DNA of 38,707 nt from a virus (IMGVR_UViG_2529292997_000008:1-38707), one strand, 5' to 3'; numbered from the stretch's first letter, positions 17,218 to 24,657 are shown. Notes: generated by a model from the letters alone, not told the origin. Made by a program: numbers and translations.

Positions 17218-17476
17218 ATTAAAAGAGCATGAATTTAGGGATCTCATAAACGGAATAACCGATAAAGCTAGGATGTACTCAAATGCGCAACAGTTAAGGG
17301 CGGTTATAGTTACGGAATTAATGAAATACATTGAGCCATGCGGACCAGGCGACGAAATGACTATGGATAAGGCCATCAAGCGCCGTTCGGCTGATTGGTC
17401 GGTTAGTAACACTGGATTAACCGGATACATTGAAGGCTATAACGACTGTTTACAGGATCATGGCAATGAAAAGTAA
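17207..17476 (+). CDS. hypothetical protein
   Basis: Trimmed to ATG after GAAGGTGA. Confidence 0.45.
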   Translation: MKPKLKEHEFRDLINGITDKARMYSNAQQLRAVIVTELMKYIEPCGPGDEMTMDKAIKRRSADWSVSNTGLTGYIEGYNDCLQDHGNEK

Positions 17477-17681
17477 CCGCAAGCGCCTTGTAAGGGCATA
17501 CGATAAAGCATTAAAGGCTTTTGATGATCTGCGACACAATAAGCGCCAGCGCCGCAAATGGGCGCGTATGCTTGTTTATGAGTGGCATTATTCTGATGCT
17601 TTCATGGAAAGTGCGCCGCTATTAACACAGGAACAAGCCGACGAAGTAGCTAACGATAACGTTTATTATATGATGTGGTGA
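17460..17681 (+). CDS. hypothetical protein
   Basis: Trimmed track ORF 17430. Confidence 0.4.
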   Translation: MAMKSNRKRLVRAYDKALKAFDDLRHNKRQRRKWARMLVYEWHYSDAFMESAPLLTQEQADEVANDNVYYMMW

Positions 17682-17685
17682 TAAT

Positions 17686-18051
17686 ATGCAAATAATCATT
17701 GATTATCTTTGCCATGCTGCAAATACGCTTTTTGGTTTTTATCAACAACCATTCCTCAAAGAATGGGACGAAATGCTTAATGACATCATTGATAAAGGGT
17801 TAATAGTTGAGGTTGGCGAGCTAACGATAAAATTTAATTACGAAGGCAAAGAATATGATATATGGGTAGGTAACAGATGGTACGCATACGGGCATATTTA
17901 TTCAATTGGCGGCAAATACATTAAACGTAGCCAGGAGTTCAGGCCGCGATTCCGCACAATGCGCCGCCTGCGTGACCTGCATATGAATATATTTGAAAAT
18001 CAGGAAGCGTGTGAACTATTCAAAATCTACGGAGATAAATCATGGAACTAA
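17686..18051 (+). CDS. hypothetical protein
   Basis: 121 aa track ORF. Confidence 0.5.
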   Translation: MQIIIDYLCHAANTLFGFYQQPFLKEWDEMLNDIIDKGLIVEVGELTIKFNYEGKEYDIWVGNRWYAYGHIYSIGGKYIKRSQEFRPRFRTMRRLRDLHMNIFENQEACELFKIYGDKSWN

Positions 18052-18272
18052 AAATCTGGCAGGGTATCGACGTAGTTGATAATGAATTGTCTATGTTCGC
18101 CACTAACGGGAAACGCGTGGTGATCGCTACATGGACGCGCAACCATGATGATATAGCTTTTCGTCGCAAGGCTGCGGAGTGGCTTTTCTCTGATGAAGGC
18201 TACACGATGAATATCTCCCAGCTTGCCAGAATGAAGGATGAAAAGCTGGTTGATAGTTACACAACTGCATAG
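18042..18272 (+). CDS. hypothetical protein
   Basis: 76 aa track ORF. Confidence 0.45.
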   Translation: MELKIWQGIDVVDNELSMFATNGKRVVIATWTRNHDDIAFRRKAAEWLFSDEGYTMNISQLARMKDEKLVDSYTTA

Positions 18273-18282
18273 TGGGGCAAAT

Positions 18283-18516
18283 ATGTGTATCTATGAACAC
18301 AAGCGGGATAAAACCCGCTTTTTTGTTCGTGCTGGCGTGGCTTACCAGTATCACGACTGCGGATATATCGAGGCGCTTGCTTACGATCTGGACTTCGAAC
18401 AAGAAAAAGAATGGTTCGATTTCAAAATTTACCGGAAGCGTAAACCGACGCGCGACGAGCGACACGCTATCCGGGACTTTTTAATCAGCATAGACCGCTG
18501 GGAGACAGAGGAATGA
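18283..18516 (+). CDS. hypothetical protein
   Basis: Trimmed to ATG after GTGGGG. Confidence 0.45.
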   Translation: MCIYEHKRDKTRFFVRAGVAYQYHDCGYIEALAYDLDFEQEKEWFDFKIYRKRKPTRDERHAIRDFLISIDRWETEE

Positions 18517-18800
18517 GAGCGAAGAAAACAGCAGATCAGAAAGCGTTAGTTATCACTACAACTGATGTGTCGTTATTCACGAAGGGTGAAGAAATAGATC
18601 TTAAATTACTTTTCGGCATGTTTGAGCCACACGAAAAGCCGTGGTTCGTGCATGAAGACAAACAGGGAAATATGCGCGTAGTAGTGCCGGACAAAAACAG
18701 CGACATATTTTTTGCTATTCCAGACCCGTTACATGACGGTGAATTGCTGGCGGTATTGTTGATCGCTGATGCTGTTACTTATAAAGGGAAAGAAATATGA
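18513..18800 (+). CDS. hypothetical protein
   Basis: 95 aa; ATGA overlap. Confidence 0.5.
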   Translation: MRAKKTADQKALVITTTDVSLFTKGEEIDLKLLFGMFEPHEKPWFVHEDKQGNMRVVVPDKNSDIFFAIPDPLHDGELLAVLLIADAVTYKGKEI

Positions 18801-19024
18801 AAGTTAAATTCTTGCACGATCACGGCTACCCATCATTAAAACGCGTGGTAGGGGAAACGGTAGACGTTGTTCATTCTGATGATGTGACCTGCGTCATTTT
18901 GGGTAAAGACCTTATCGCTCACGGTGCTGATGATTACTACATTAACCCGGCGTGGTCATATACGTTTAGCCTGGGCGACTTCGTAGGCGATAAGGGGCGC
19001 GGCTTGCAAGTAGTCGAGGGTTAA
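18797..19024 (+). CDS. hypothetical protein
   Basis: 75 aa; ATGA overlap. Confidence 0.5.
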   Translation: MKVKFLHDHGYPSLKRVVGETVDVVHSDDVTCVILGKDLIAHGADDYYINPAWSYTFSLGDFVGDKGRGLQVVEG

Positions 19025-19028
19025 TATC

Positions 19029-19277
19029 ATGGACGTTTACGAAGATTTATACCTTCAAACAAATACCAGCACTTTTTATTTTTTGAAAAACGGCGTCGTA
19101 TATCGCAGCGACAACGGGGTGATAATGAAAGAGTGTTTATTTAAGCGTAAAGACCTACTCGAAGATCTGGTTTTTGCCGGGATATTTCGTAAACGTCCGG
19201 CTAACCTGGAAGAAGAAATGTTGATTGAGGTTATTAAACATGAAAATCAGGGTAAGTTATTTCCGGGCGAAAGATAA
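19029..19277 (+). CDS. hypothetical protein
   Basis: 82 aa track ORF. Confidence 0.5.
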   Translation: MDVYEDLYLQTNTSTFYFLKNGVVYRSDNGVIMKECLFKRKDLLEDLVFAGIFRKRPANLEEEMLIEVIKHENQGKLFPGER

Positions 19278-19491
19278 GGCAACAGGAAAGCGGATGGCGA
19301 TCCTGGTTAATGAAGCTAATTATATGTTTGTGCTTCAGCCGTGGTGCATAGCTGACTATAACGATGATTATCGCCGTCACGGTGCGCGGGGTGCTGTAGG
19401 GATGAAGGGATGGCAACCGCGTGACATGGAAAACTATTGTGAATGGAAATTGATAGCAAAATATACGGTCGATTATAAAGGTGTTTTCTAA
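19240..19491 (+). CDS. hypothetical protein
   Basis: Trimmed track ORF 19225; overlaps preceding gene in another frame. Confidence 0.4.
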   Translation: MKIRVSYFRAKDKATGKRMAILVNEANYMFVLQPWCIADYNDDYRRHGARGAVGMKGWQPRDMENYCEWKLIAKYTVDYKGVF

Positions 19492-19697
19492 TGTACGTCA
19501 GATGCACTGAATCAAAATCATCATGCTTTGAGGTTGGCGGAATATATACCGTAGATCACCTGACTGGTGATGAACTTAACACCCAATACATTAAAGACGA
19601 CCTCGGCGACGCGTGGCGCTATTGGGATTGCTACGCGCGTGGACACGTTACCAGTCAGTTTGGTACGGAACCGATCGCGCGTTTTGTTAAGTGGTGA
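19491..19697 (+). CDS. hypothetical protein
   Basis: 68 aa track ORF. Confidence 0.45.
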   Translation: MYVRCTESKSSCFEVGGIYTVDHLTGDELNTQYIKDDLGDAWRYWDCYARGHVTSQFGTEPIARFVKW

Positions 19698-19716
19698 GGC
19701 GTTGGACAACCATAAA

Positions 19717-19732
19717 TGTGATCTGTATCACA
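19717..19732. promoter_or_regulatory. CRP-type palindrome TGTGATCTGTATCACA
   Basis: Perfect TGTGA-N6-TCACA, flanked by AAA and A, close to the idealised CRP site; intergenic. Confidence 0.45.
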
Positions 19733-19735
19733 ATG

Positions 19736-19776
19736 TATACGAAATGGCATTGTTTCGACAGTGCCATTTTGTTATA
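19736..19776 (+). promoter_or_regulatory. inverted TACAAAATGG-type motif pair enclosing a sigma70-like promoter
   Basis: TATACGAAATGG-16 nt-CCATTTTGTTATA; TTGTTT-17-TATATA promoter inside; same architecture as 36082-36121. Confidence 0.4.
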
Positions 19777-19811
19777 TATAAGCCACGGAAAGACGGAGGG
19801 GAGGCAAGAAG

Positions 19812-19952
19812 ATGAGCGCTAACGCTAAATATCCGGCATGGGTTTTTGAGTTATACGCCCGCTACTTTGAATTGCTGGCACAAGGTGAAGAAGCATTAAG
19901 CATTGACGAGTACGCGGAGTGCTTAGGGTTTAAAGGAGACGAAGAAGCATAA
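19812..19952 (+). CDS. small protein (46 aa)
   Basis: ATG preceded by GGAGGGGAGG; below track cut-off. Confidence 0.35.
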   Translation: MSANAKYPAWVFELYARYFELLAQGEEALSIDEYAECLGFKGDEEA

Positions 19953-19995
19953 AACACGGGGCCGGATGGCCCCATCAAATCAGAAGGGTGTAATC

Positions 19996-20289
19996 ATGAA
20001 AAGCGCTAAATTTATTGCTTGCTGTTTTGTTGAAGTTCCCTATAACGATGCGTTCTATCACGCTACTTTTACCGATAAGAATGGGAATGATCACGTTATT
20101 GTCGGCAAGCGTGGTGACTGGCTTTATATAACTGATGATGATTGCATTTTCACTAAAAATCAGTTGCAAAAACTGGTTATCGGTAAACAGGAACAGGAAG
20201 GCTATCAAATCATCCCGGTGGAAAGACTGAAAAGGGAGCAGAGAATTAAACGCGCTCAAGAGGAATTAAATAACATAAAGGGTATGTGA
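19996..20289 (+). CDS. hypothetical protein
   Basis: Track ORF 19966 trimmed to ATG after AAGGGTG. Confidence 0.5.
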   Translation: MKSAKFIACCFVEVPYNDAFYHATFTDKNGNDHVIVGKRGDWLYITDDDCIFTKNQLQKLVIGKQEQEGYQIIPVERLKREQRIKRAQEELNNIKGM

Positions 20290-20290
20290 T

Positions 20291-20545
20291 ATGAAAACAA
20301 TCAGACTATGGCGCGGCAATAGCCGACTTGATGGTGAGTACATCCGCGTGATTGAAGATGTTAATCGTGGTCGGTTTTATGAATTGGCATACAGCGAAAA
20401 AAGGGAGAAAGAATATCTGAACGAATCGACCCCTATGTGGCGTAAAGTGGCTGGCCTTGCCTCAATTCTGCGCCACGGGTTTTATGCAGATCATAACACG
20501 CTAATTGATGCCGAACTGGTGACAACTCTTTACGAAGGAGAATAA
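20291..20545 (+). CDS. hypothetical protein
   Basis: 84 aa track ORF. Confidence 0.5.
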   Translation: MKTIRLWRGNSRLDGEYIRVIEDVNRGRFYELAYSEKREKEYLNESTPMWRKVAGLASILRHGFYADHNTLIDAELVTTLYEGE

Positions 20546-20548
20546 ACA

Positions 20549-20872
20549 ATGAGTAAATTTATCAGCGTTAAGGTTTTCCGTGGCAATTTTCCAGAAGATA
20601 AAGAAATTGGACAATTCGCAGGTGAACGTGGCGTATGTTTCCGTGTAGCTACTGAAGACGATGCGCACGTTAAATGCTTTCACGTATCTGAACCGCCTTT
20701 TAATGCAGACCATCTTGAAGACCTGAATAGAATTAAAAGCCTTATTTTTGCCTATCTGGCGTTCCCTGGCATAGCTGATGCTGATGTTGAATTGGTTGGG
20801 GCCGAACTGGTGGCAGAATACAAAATGACTGAAGGCGAAAACGGAGGGGTGGAAATTGAGCGCATCAAATAA
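20549..20872 (+). CDS. hypothetical protein
   Basis: 107 aa track ORF. Confidence 0.5.
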   Translation: MSKFISVKVFRGNFPEDKEIGQFAGERGVCFRVATEDDAHVKCFHVSEPPFNADHLEDLNRIKSLIFAYLAFPGIADADVELVGAELVAEYKMTEGENGGVEIERIK

Positions 20873-21107
20873 GCTGTATAAAGTCAGGTGTAAAGGCGAA
20901 TACCCTGGCTTTACGGTTGGTTGCGAATATCTGGGCCACATTGGGTACGGCCCTTTCGGTGAGTTGGGAATGAATACGATTGACGACGACGGCGACAGCA
21001 GGACGCTTGATCTTGATAGCGATGATTTCGAATACATCCCGCCAGTCACTTACCGCGTCGTCGATGATTTCCTGGCTGAACATGAAGACGAGGATGATGA
21101 TGATTGA
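20856..21107 (+). CDS. highly acidic small protein
   Basis: 83 aa; C-terminal half dominated by D/E, ending EHEDEDDDD. Confidence 0.5.
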   Translation: MSASNKLYKVRCKGEYPGFTVGCEYLGHIGYGPFGELGMNTIDDDGDSRTLDLDSDDFEYIPPVTYRVVDDFLAEHEDEDDDD

Positions 21108-21294
21108 ATGCCTTATCGCTGTGATTGTTTTGCTTTATATCGCTGGCGCGATCCTGATGTCATGTTTTATTAAGTTTAGCGGCGCTGAACCTGGTGGCCT
21201 TGAGATTCCTTTTTGGCCTGTGACTGTGTTTATCGCTTTCTTCGACGCTACGGCAGAGCAGATCAATCGAGCTATTAAGGAGCGCAAGAAATGA
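21098..21294 (+). CDS. small membrane protein
   Basis: Trimmed to ATG after GAGGA; two hydrophobic segments. Confidence 0.4.
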
Positions 21295-21470
21295 TTGAAG
21301 ATGGGGTGTACGCAACAGTAGTAGACGGGCTGTTTTACCGCGTAGAAGGTGATGATATTCGCATCCGCGTTGGCGGTGGTGAGTGGGTAGCGCCAATCAT
21401 TAAGACGACGCGAGAAACAATTAAAATATTTCTTGATGCTGGTGAACTGGTGAGGGTTAGCGACCTATGA
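21291..21470 (+). CDS. small protein (59 aa)
   Basis: ATGA overlap; N-terminus MIEDGVY resembles next ORF (MNEIEDGIY). Confidence 0.4.
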   Translation: MIEDGVYATVVDGLFYRVEGDDIRIRVGGGEWVAPIIKTTRETIKIFLDAGELVRVSDL

Positions 21471-21643
21471 ACGAGATCGAAGATGGTATCTATTTACATA
21501 AGGTATTTAACATCGTCTATTTGGTTAGAGGTGAATCGGTGATGATAAGACCTGATGATGATCCTTATTGGGAATTAAGCGACATGGATCGGTGGCATAT
21601 GCAAACATTGCTTGATAATGGCCTGATATATAGAAAGCCGTAA
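21467..21643 (+). CDS. small protein (58 aa), possible paralogue of preceding ORF
   Basis: ATGA overlap; stop lies inside the first copy of a 15-bp direct repeat. Confidence 0.4.
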   Translation: MNEIEDGIYLHKVFNIVYLVRGESVMIRPDDDPYWELSDMDRWHMQTLLDNGLIYRKP

Positions 21644-21655
21644 AGCCGTATTTGT
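21641..21655 (+). repeat. direct repeat copy 1 (TAAAGCCGTATTTGT)
   Basis: Identical 15-mer recurs at 21891-21905; both copies begin at a stop codon. Confidence 0.6.
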
Positions 21656-21665
21656 TGGGGGGAAT

Positions 21666-21893
21666 ATGGAAGAAATGGTTTTACTGTCATCAATATGGCA
21701 TCGGTTCGGAACTGAAAAAGGATACTCACCTGCTTGCTGGCTGGATAGTAAAAGCGGAAAGGAGTATCAAAACGAGTGCGAATTTAGAAGGGAGTGGCGA
21801 GGTGGTAAGGAAGTGCAAGGATATTTTGCACCAAAACACGTTGCCGCCAAATACAAAGAATGGCTTGTGCGTTTGCTTGGCCCTTATCGTTAA
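21666..21893 (+). CDS. hypothetical protein flanked by 15-bp direct repeats
   Basis: 75 aa; GGGGGGAA RBS. Confidence 0.45.
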   Translation: MEEMVLLSSIWHRFGTEKGYSPACWLDSKSGKEYQNECEFRREWRGGKEVQGYFAPKHVAAKYKEWLVRLLGPYR

Positions 21894-21905
21894 AGCCGTA
21901 TTTGT
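21891..21905 (+). repeat. direct repeat copy 2 (TAAAGCCGTATTTGT)
   Basis: Identical to 21641-21655. Confidence 0.6.
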
Positions 21906-21929
21906 AGGGCGTAAACAAACAGATTAAAA
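21902..21929 (+). promoter_or_regulatory. candidate late promoter (TTGTAG-16-TAAAAT) upstream of a terminator and the lysis genes
   Basis: Promoter-like hexamers about 30 nt upstream of hairpin 21959-21981; resembles lambdoid PR'-tR' layout. Confidence 0.35.
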
Positions 21930-21958
21930 TATTCTCTAACAATGCGAAACTGTAACTA

Positions 21959-21981
21959 CCCGGCCCAGCGCCGGGTTTTTG
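21959..21981 (+). terminator. rho-independent terminator upstream of holin (tR'-like)
   Basis: CCCGGC-CCAGC-GCCGGG hairpin followed by TTTTTG. Confidence 0.7.
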
Positions 21982-22000
21982 CTTTGTTGGAGGTAAATCT

Positions 22001-22201
22001 ATGTTCGACAAAATACGGGCGGCGTGCGCTTATGTAACAGGGACCGTAACCGCTTTTTTTGGTGCGATAACCATTAATGACGTTGCCGTCTTTGTGGGTA
22101 TCTTATCAACCATTGGCACATTTGCCGTTAACTATTACTTCAAATCACAGGAGAACAAGCGAGCGCAAGAGGAACACGACGCACGAATGGGGAATAAGTA
22201 A
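22001..22201 (+). CDS. holin, class II / pinholin-like
   Basis: 66 aa; two TM segments, charged C-terminus; immediately precedes SAR endolysin. Confidence 0.75.
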   Translation: MFDKIRAACAYVTGTVTAFFGAITINDVAVFVGILSTIGTFAVNYYFKSQENKRAQEEHDARMGNK

Positions 22202-22202
22202 C

Positions 22203-22694
22203 ATGATTAGCCAATCGCTAAAGAATAAAATTATTGCTGCGGCGGCTGGTGGGGCTATCGCTATTGCGGCTGTGATGGTTAAACCATTGGAAGGCGTGGA
22301 ATATGATCCTTATCGTGATGTTGTCGGTGTATGGACTGTTTGCCACGGTCACACCGGAAAGGACATCATGCTTGGTAAGACTTACACGCAATTTGAATGC
22401 GATGCTTTGTTGAACAAAGATCTACACAAAACCGCAAAAGCGATTGACCCATATATCAAAGTCGAAATATCAGATTTTACCCGCGCAGCACTTTATTCAT
22501 TCGCCTATAACGTAGGCGCAACCAACTTCAAAACATCAACCTTATTAAAGCTACTTAATGACGGCAAGAAATCGGAAGCGTGCGCACAGCTTAAACGCTG
22601 GGTATACGCTGGCGGTAAGAAGTGGCAAGGCCTGGTTAACCGCCGTGATATTGAATATGCCGTTTGCGAATGGGGTGAAACATGGACAAGGTGA
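22203..22694 (+). CDS. SAR endolysin (phage lysozyme, R21-like)
   Basis: Trimmed to MISQSLKNK; Gly/Ala-rich SAR segment then [34 protein letters not shown], near-identical to phage 21 lysozyme core as recalled. Confidence 0.9.
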   Translation: MISQSLKNKIIAAAAGGAIAIAAVMVKPLEGVEYDPYRDVVGVWTVCHGHTGKDIMLGKTYTQFECDALLNKDLHKTAKAIDPYIKVEISDFTRAALYSFAYNVGATNFKTSTLLKLLNDGKKSEACAQLKRWVYAGGKKWQGLVNRRDIEYAVCEWGETWTR

Positions 22695-23152
22695 AGACGT
22701 TAATCATCGCCGTTGTTGTTTGCATTATTGCCGGGCTTACCGCCGTAACGTGTTATTACCAGGGTGAGGCGGCAAGGTTACAGGAAGAAGTCACGGTGAC
22801 GAAAGGCGCACTAAAAACAGCAAGTAACACTATCCAGCAGATGAAGGAGCGAAACGCCGAACTGTCAAAACTTGATAAGAGGTATCACGATGAGATTAAA
22901 GCTATCAGATCTGACATTGCCGATCTTCGCGCTGGCATTGATAGCGGTGCTATCAGGTTGCACGTCAACGCCGAGCCAGTGTACGTGCACGACGCCACCG
23001 GAACCGCCAGCAGCATTAATGGAGCCACCTGTAGACTTACTGCCAGTGCTCAATCAAATTATCTATCCCTCAGAGAACAACTAAAAGAGAAAGACGCGAA
23101 GATCACCGGATTACAGGACTACATCAAAACGCAGTGCATACGCAAAGAATAA
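22682..23152 (+). CDS. Rz: Rz-type i-spanin
   Basis: 156 aa; N-terminal TM helix then coiled-coil periplasmic domain; overlaps endolysin end. Confidence 0.8.
   Translation: MDKVKTLIIAVVVCIIAGLTAVTCYYQGEAARLQEEVTVTKGALKTASNTIQQMKERNAELSKLDKRYHDEIKAIRSDIADLRAGIDSGAIRLHVNAEPVYVHDATGTASSINGATCRLTASAQSNYLSLREQLKEKDAKITGLQDYIKTQCIRKE
22890..23084 (+). CDS. Rz1: Rz1-type o-spanin lipoprotein embedded in Rz (+1 frame)
   Basis: Lipobox LSGC, proline-rich mature region; wholly inside Rz. Confidence 0.7.
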   Translation: MRLKLSDLTLPIFALALIAVLSGCTSTPSQCTCTTPPEPPAALMEPPVDLLPVLNQIIYPSENN

Positions 23153-23420
23153 CAGCGCGCGGACGTGTCGCCGTTTCCGCCAGCCAGCCATAACCGGGCC
23201 AATCCTTCCCGCGAGCGACAGCGGAAATTCAAAAACACGTAATACCGGATCAACAGTCCCATTAACAGGTCGGGCGCTACCTGGGTAGAAGAAAGCGCCA
23301 TTCACCAATTTTATAAAATTCTGGAAACGGTACTGATGAAGCGCCGTTCTCAGTGTTTTATGTCATTCCTGCCGCTGTATAAACAGGAAGTAAAAGCAAA
23401 CCAGACAGGAGATTATTCTG

Positions 23421-23993
23421 ATGGCTAAGGCTAAAGGCATTAAGTTGCCTCAATTCAAAGTCCCGCTCTTTGAGCATACAACCGTTTTCTTTTGCCCGAC
23501 CCGCGAGATGTTCTATGAATTTTGCGAAAAGGCCGGAATACCAATCGAACCTGATTTCGAACTAGCTGGCGGTCTGACGTTAACCTGTACTGGTGAGACC
23601 GGCGGTAATTTCTACGTGATCGCAGTATTCAACAATGAGACTGGAACGCTGGTCCATGAATGCGCTCACACTACATTCCACGTTTTAAGTGATGTAGGCG
23701 TCGTGGCGACCACTGATCCTACTCATCCTGCGAATGAGACTTACGCTTACATGGTTGGACGTATCTTTGACGCATTCTTCCCAATCCTGGCTGAATCAAA
23801 CGAAGCACAGATCACAGCGATGCAGGCGGCTGAAGTCGTTGAGCAGGCGTTAGAAAAGGCAGAGCAGGCGACTGATGCAGCAGAACAGGCAGAGGAGCCG
23901 AAAGAAGAGAAAAAACCAGCTAAGAAAGGCAAACGTAAGCCGAAAGCAAAAGAGGCGCTTGTACCGCGCGTTATGAGCTTTAAGAGAGGGTAA
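23421..23993 (+). CDS. HExxH-motif protein with Ala/Glu-rich linker and Lys-rich tail
   Basis: 190 aa; LVHECAHTTFH zincin-like motif; C-terminal KKPAKKGKRKPKAK; GGAGA RBS. Confidence 0.55.
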   Translation: MAKAKGIKLPQFKVPLFEHTTVFFCPTREMFYEFCEKAGIPIEPDFELAGGLTLTCTGETGGNFYVIAVFNNETGTLVHECAHTTFHVLSDVGVVATTDPTHPANETYAYMVGRIFDAFFPILAESNEAQITAMQAAEVVEQALEKAEQATDAAEQAEEPKEEKKPAKKGKRKPKAKEALVPRVMSFKRG

Positions 23994-23995
23994 TT

Positions 23996-24064
23996 ATGTT
24001 TACTTTTCTGTTAGGCGTATTTGTTGGCATAGCTGCCGCTGTGATCTTGATATACGGACATTGA
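23996..24064 (+). CDS. micro-ORF 1 of tandem array (22 aa, single TM helix)
   Basis: MFTFLLGVFVGIAAAVILIYGH; GAGGG RBS. Confidence 0.4.
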   Translation: MFTFLLGVFVGIAAAVILIYGH

Positions 24065-24068
24065 TATT

Positions 24069-24173
24069 ATGGATGCTTACATCATCGCCGGATTAATCGG
24101 CGTTTCTGTGTTTCTTGTGGGTTCTATTATAGTTGCGCTGATAAACGTATATATCAAGTATTTGGTGGGGTGA
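24069..24173 (+). CDS. micro-ORF 2 (34 aa, single TM helix)
   Basis: MDAYIIAGLIGVSVFLVGSIIVALINVYIKYLVG; weak GGA RBS. Confidence 0.4.
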   Translation: MDAYIIAGLIGVSVFLVGSIIVALINVYIKYLVG

Positions 24174-24178
24174 AAAAT

Positions 24179-24253
24179 ATGATTGACCCGCTAATTATCC
24201 TTTCTGCCTGCGTCGCTGTATGGCTGGCGATCATGATATTCATTGAAAGCTGA
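24179..24253 (+). CDS. micro-ORF 3 (24 aa, single TM helix)
   Basis: MIDPLIILSACVAVWLAIMIFIES; GGTGGGG RBS. Confidence 0.4.
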   Translation: MIDPLIILSACVAVWLAIMIFIES

Positions 24254-24264
24254 AGGTATCCACA

Positions 24265-24345
24265 ATGAACGCATACGAAATGCTATTGCTGGTGGCTGTT
24301 ATTACAGTTATTGCCGTAGATGTTTATCGGGAGTTTAAAAAATGA
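24265..24345 (+). CDS. micro-ORF 4 (26 aa, single TM helix)
   Basis: MNAYEMLLLVAVITVIAVDVYREFKK; GAAGG RBS. Confidence 0.4.
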   Translation: MNAYEMLLLVAVITVIAVDVYREFKK

Positions 24346-24410
24346 AATGGCTTGATTTCTTTTTCCTGATCGTTGCGATTGTTCTCACTATGACAGCGCT
24401 TGCTCAATAG
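24342..24410 (+). CDS. micro-ORF 5 (22 aa, single TM helix)
   Basis: MKWLDFFFLIVAIVLTMTALAQ; GGGAG RBS; ATGA overlap. Confidence 0.4.
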   Translation: MKWLDFFFLIVAIVLTMTALAQ

Positions 24411-24418
24411 GTGAAAGC

Positions 24419-24493
24419 ATGAACGCTATTGATATTATGTTGATCGTGTGTACCGTTGCATTAGTTATTATTGGGGTGATTATCAATGTCTGA
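24419..24493 (+). CDS. micro-ORF 6 (24 aa, single TM helix)
   Basis: MNAIDIMLIVCTVALVIIGVIINV; AGGTGA RBS. Confidence 0.4.
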   Translation: MNAIDIMLIVCTVALVIIGVIINV

Positions 24494-24554
24494 TGGTGAT
24501 TTCTTAATCATGGCTATATGCACGCTGTTAACTGTTATTGTTTTCTTCGCGTAA
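24486..24554 (+). CDS. micro-ORF 7 (22 aa, single TM helix)
   Basis: MSDGDFLIMAICTLLTVIVFFA; GGGGTGA RBS; overlaps ORF 6 stop. Confidence 0.4.
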   Translation: MSDGDFLIMAICTLLTVIVFFA

Positions 24555-24563
24555 AGGTAAACA

Positions 24564-24647
24564 ATGAAAGAATTATTCGATTGGTTGGAAGTATTAACAT
24601 ACTGTGCAAGTTTTGTTGCTTGCGTATATATCATCAATAAATATTGA
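24564..24647 (+). CDS. micro-ORF 8 (27 aa, single TM helix)
   Basis: MKELFDWLEVLTYCASFVACVYIINKY; AAGG RBS. Confidence 0.4.
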   Translation: MKELFDWLEVLTYCASFVACVYIINKY

Positions 24648-24657
24648 GAGGTGAATT

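Noticed and set aside
23160-23420. Possible 30-codon ORF (MKRRSQCF...) and two minus-strand 60-65 aa ORFs in the gap after Rz
   Set aside because: No convincing RBS or start context; region treated as non-coding or regulatory pending expression data.
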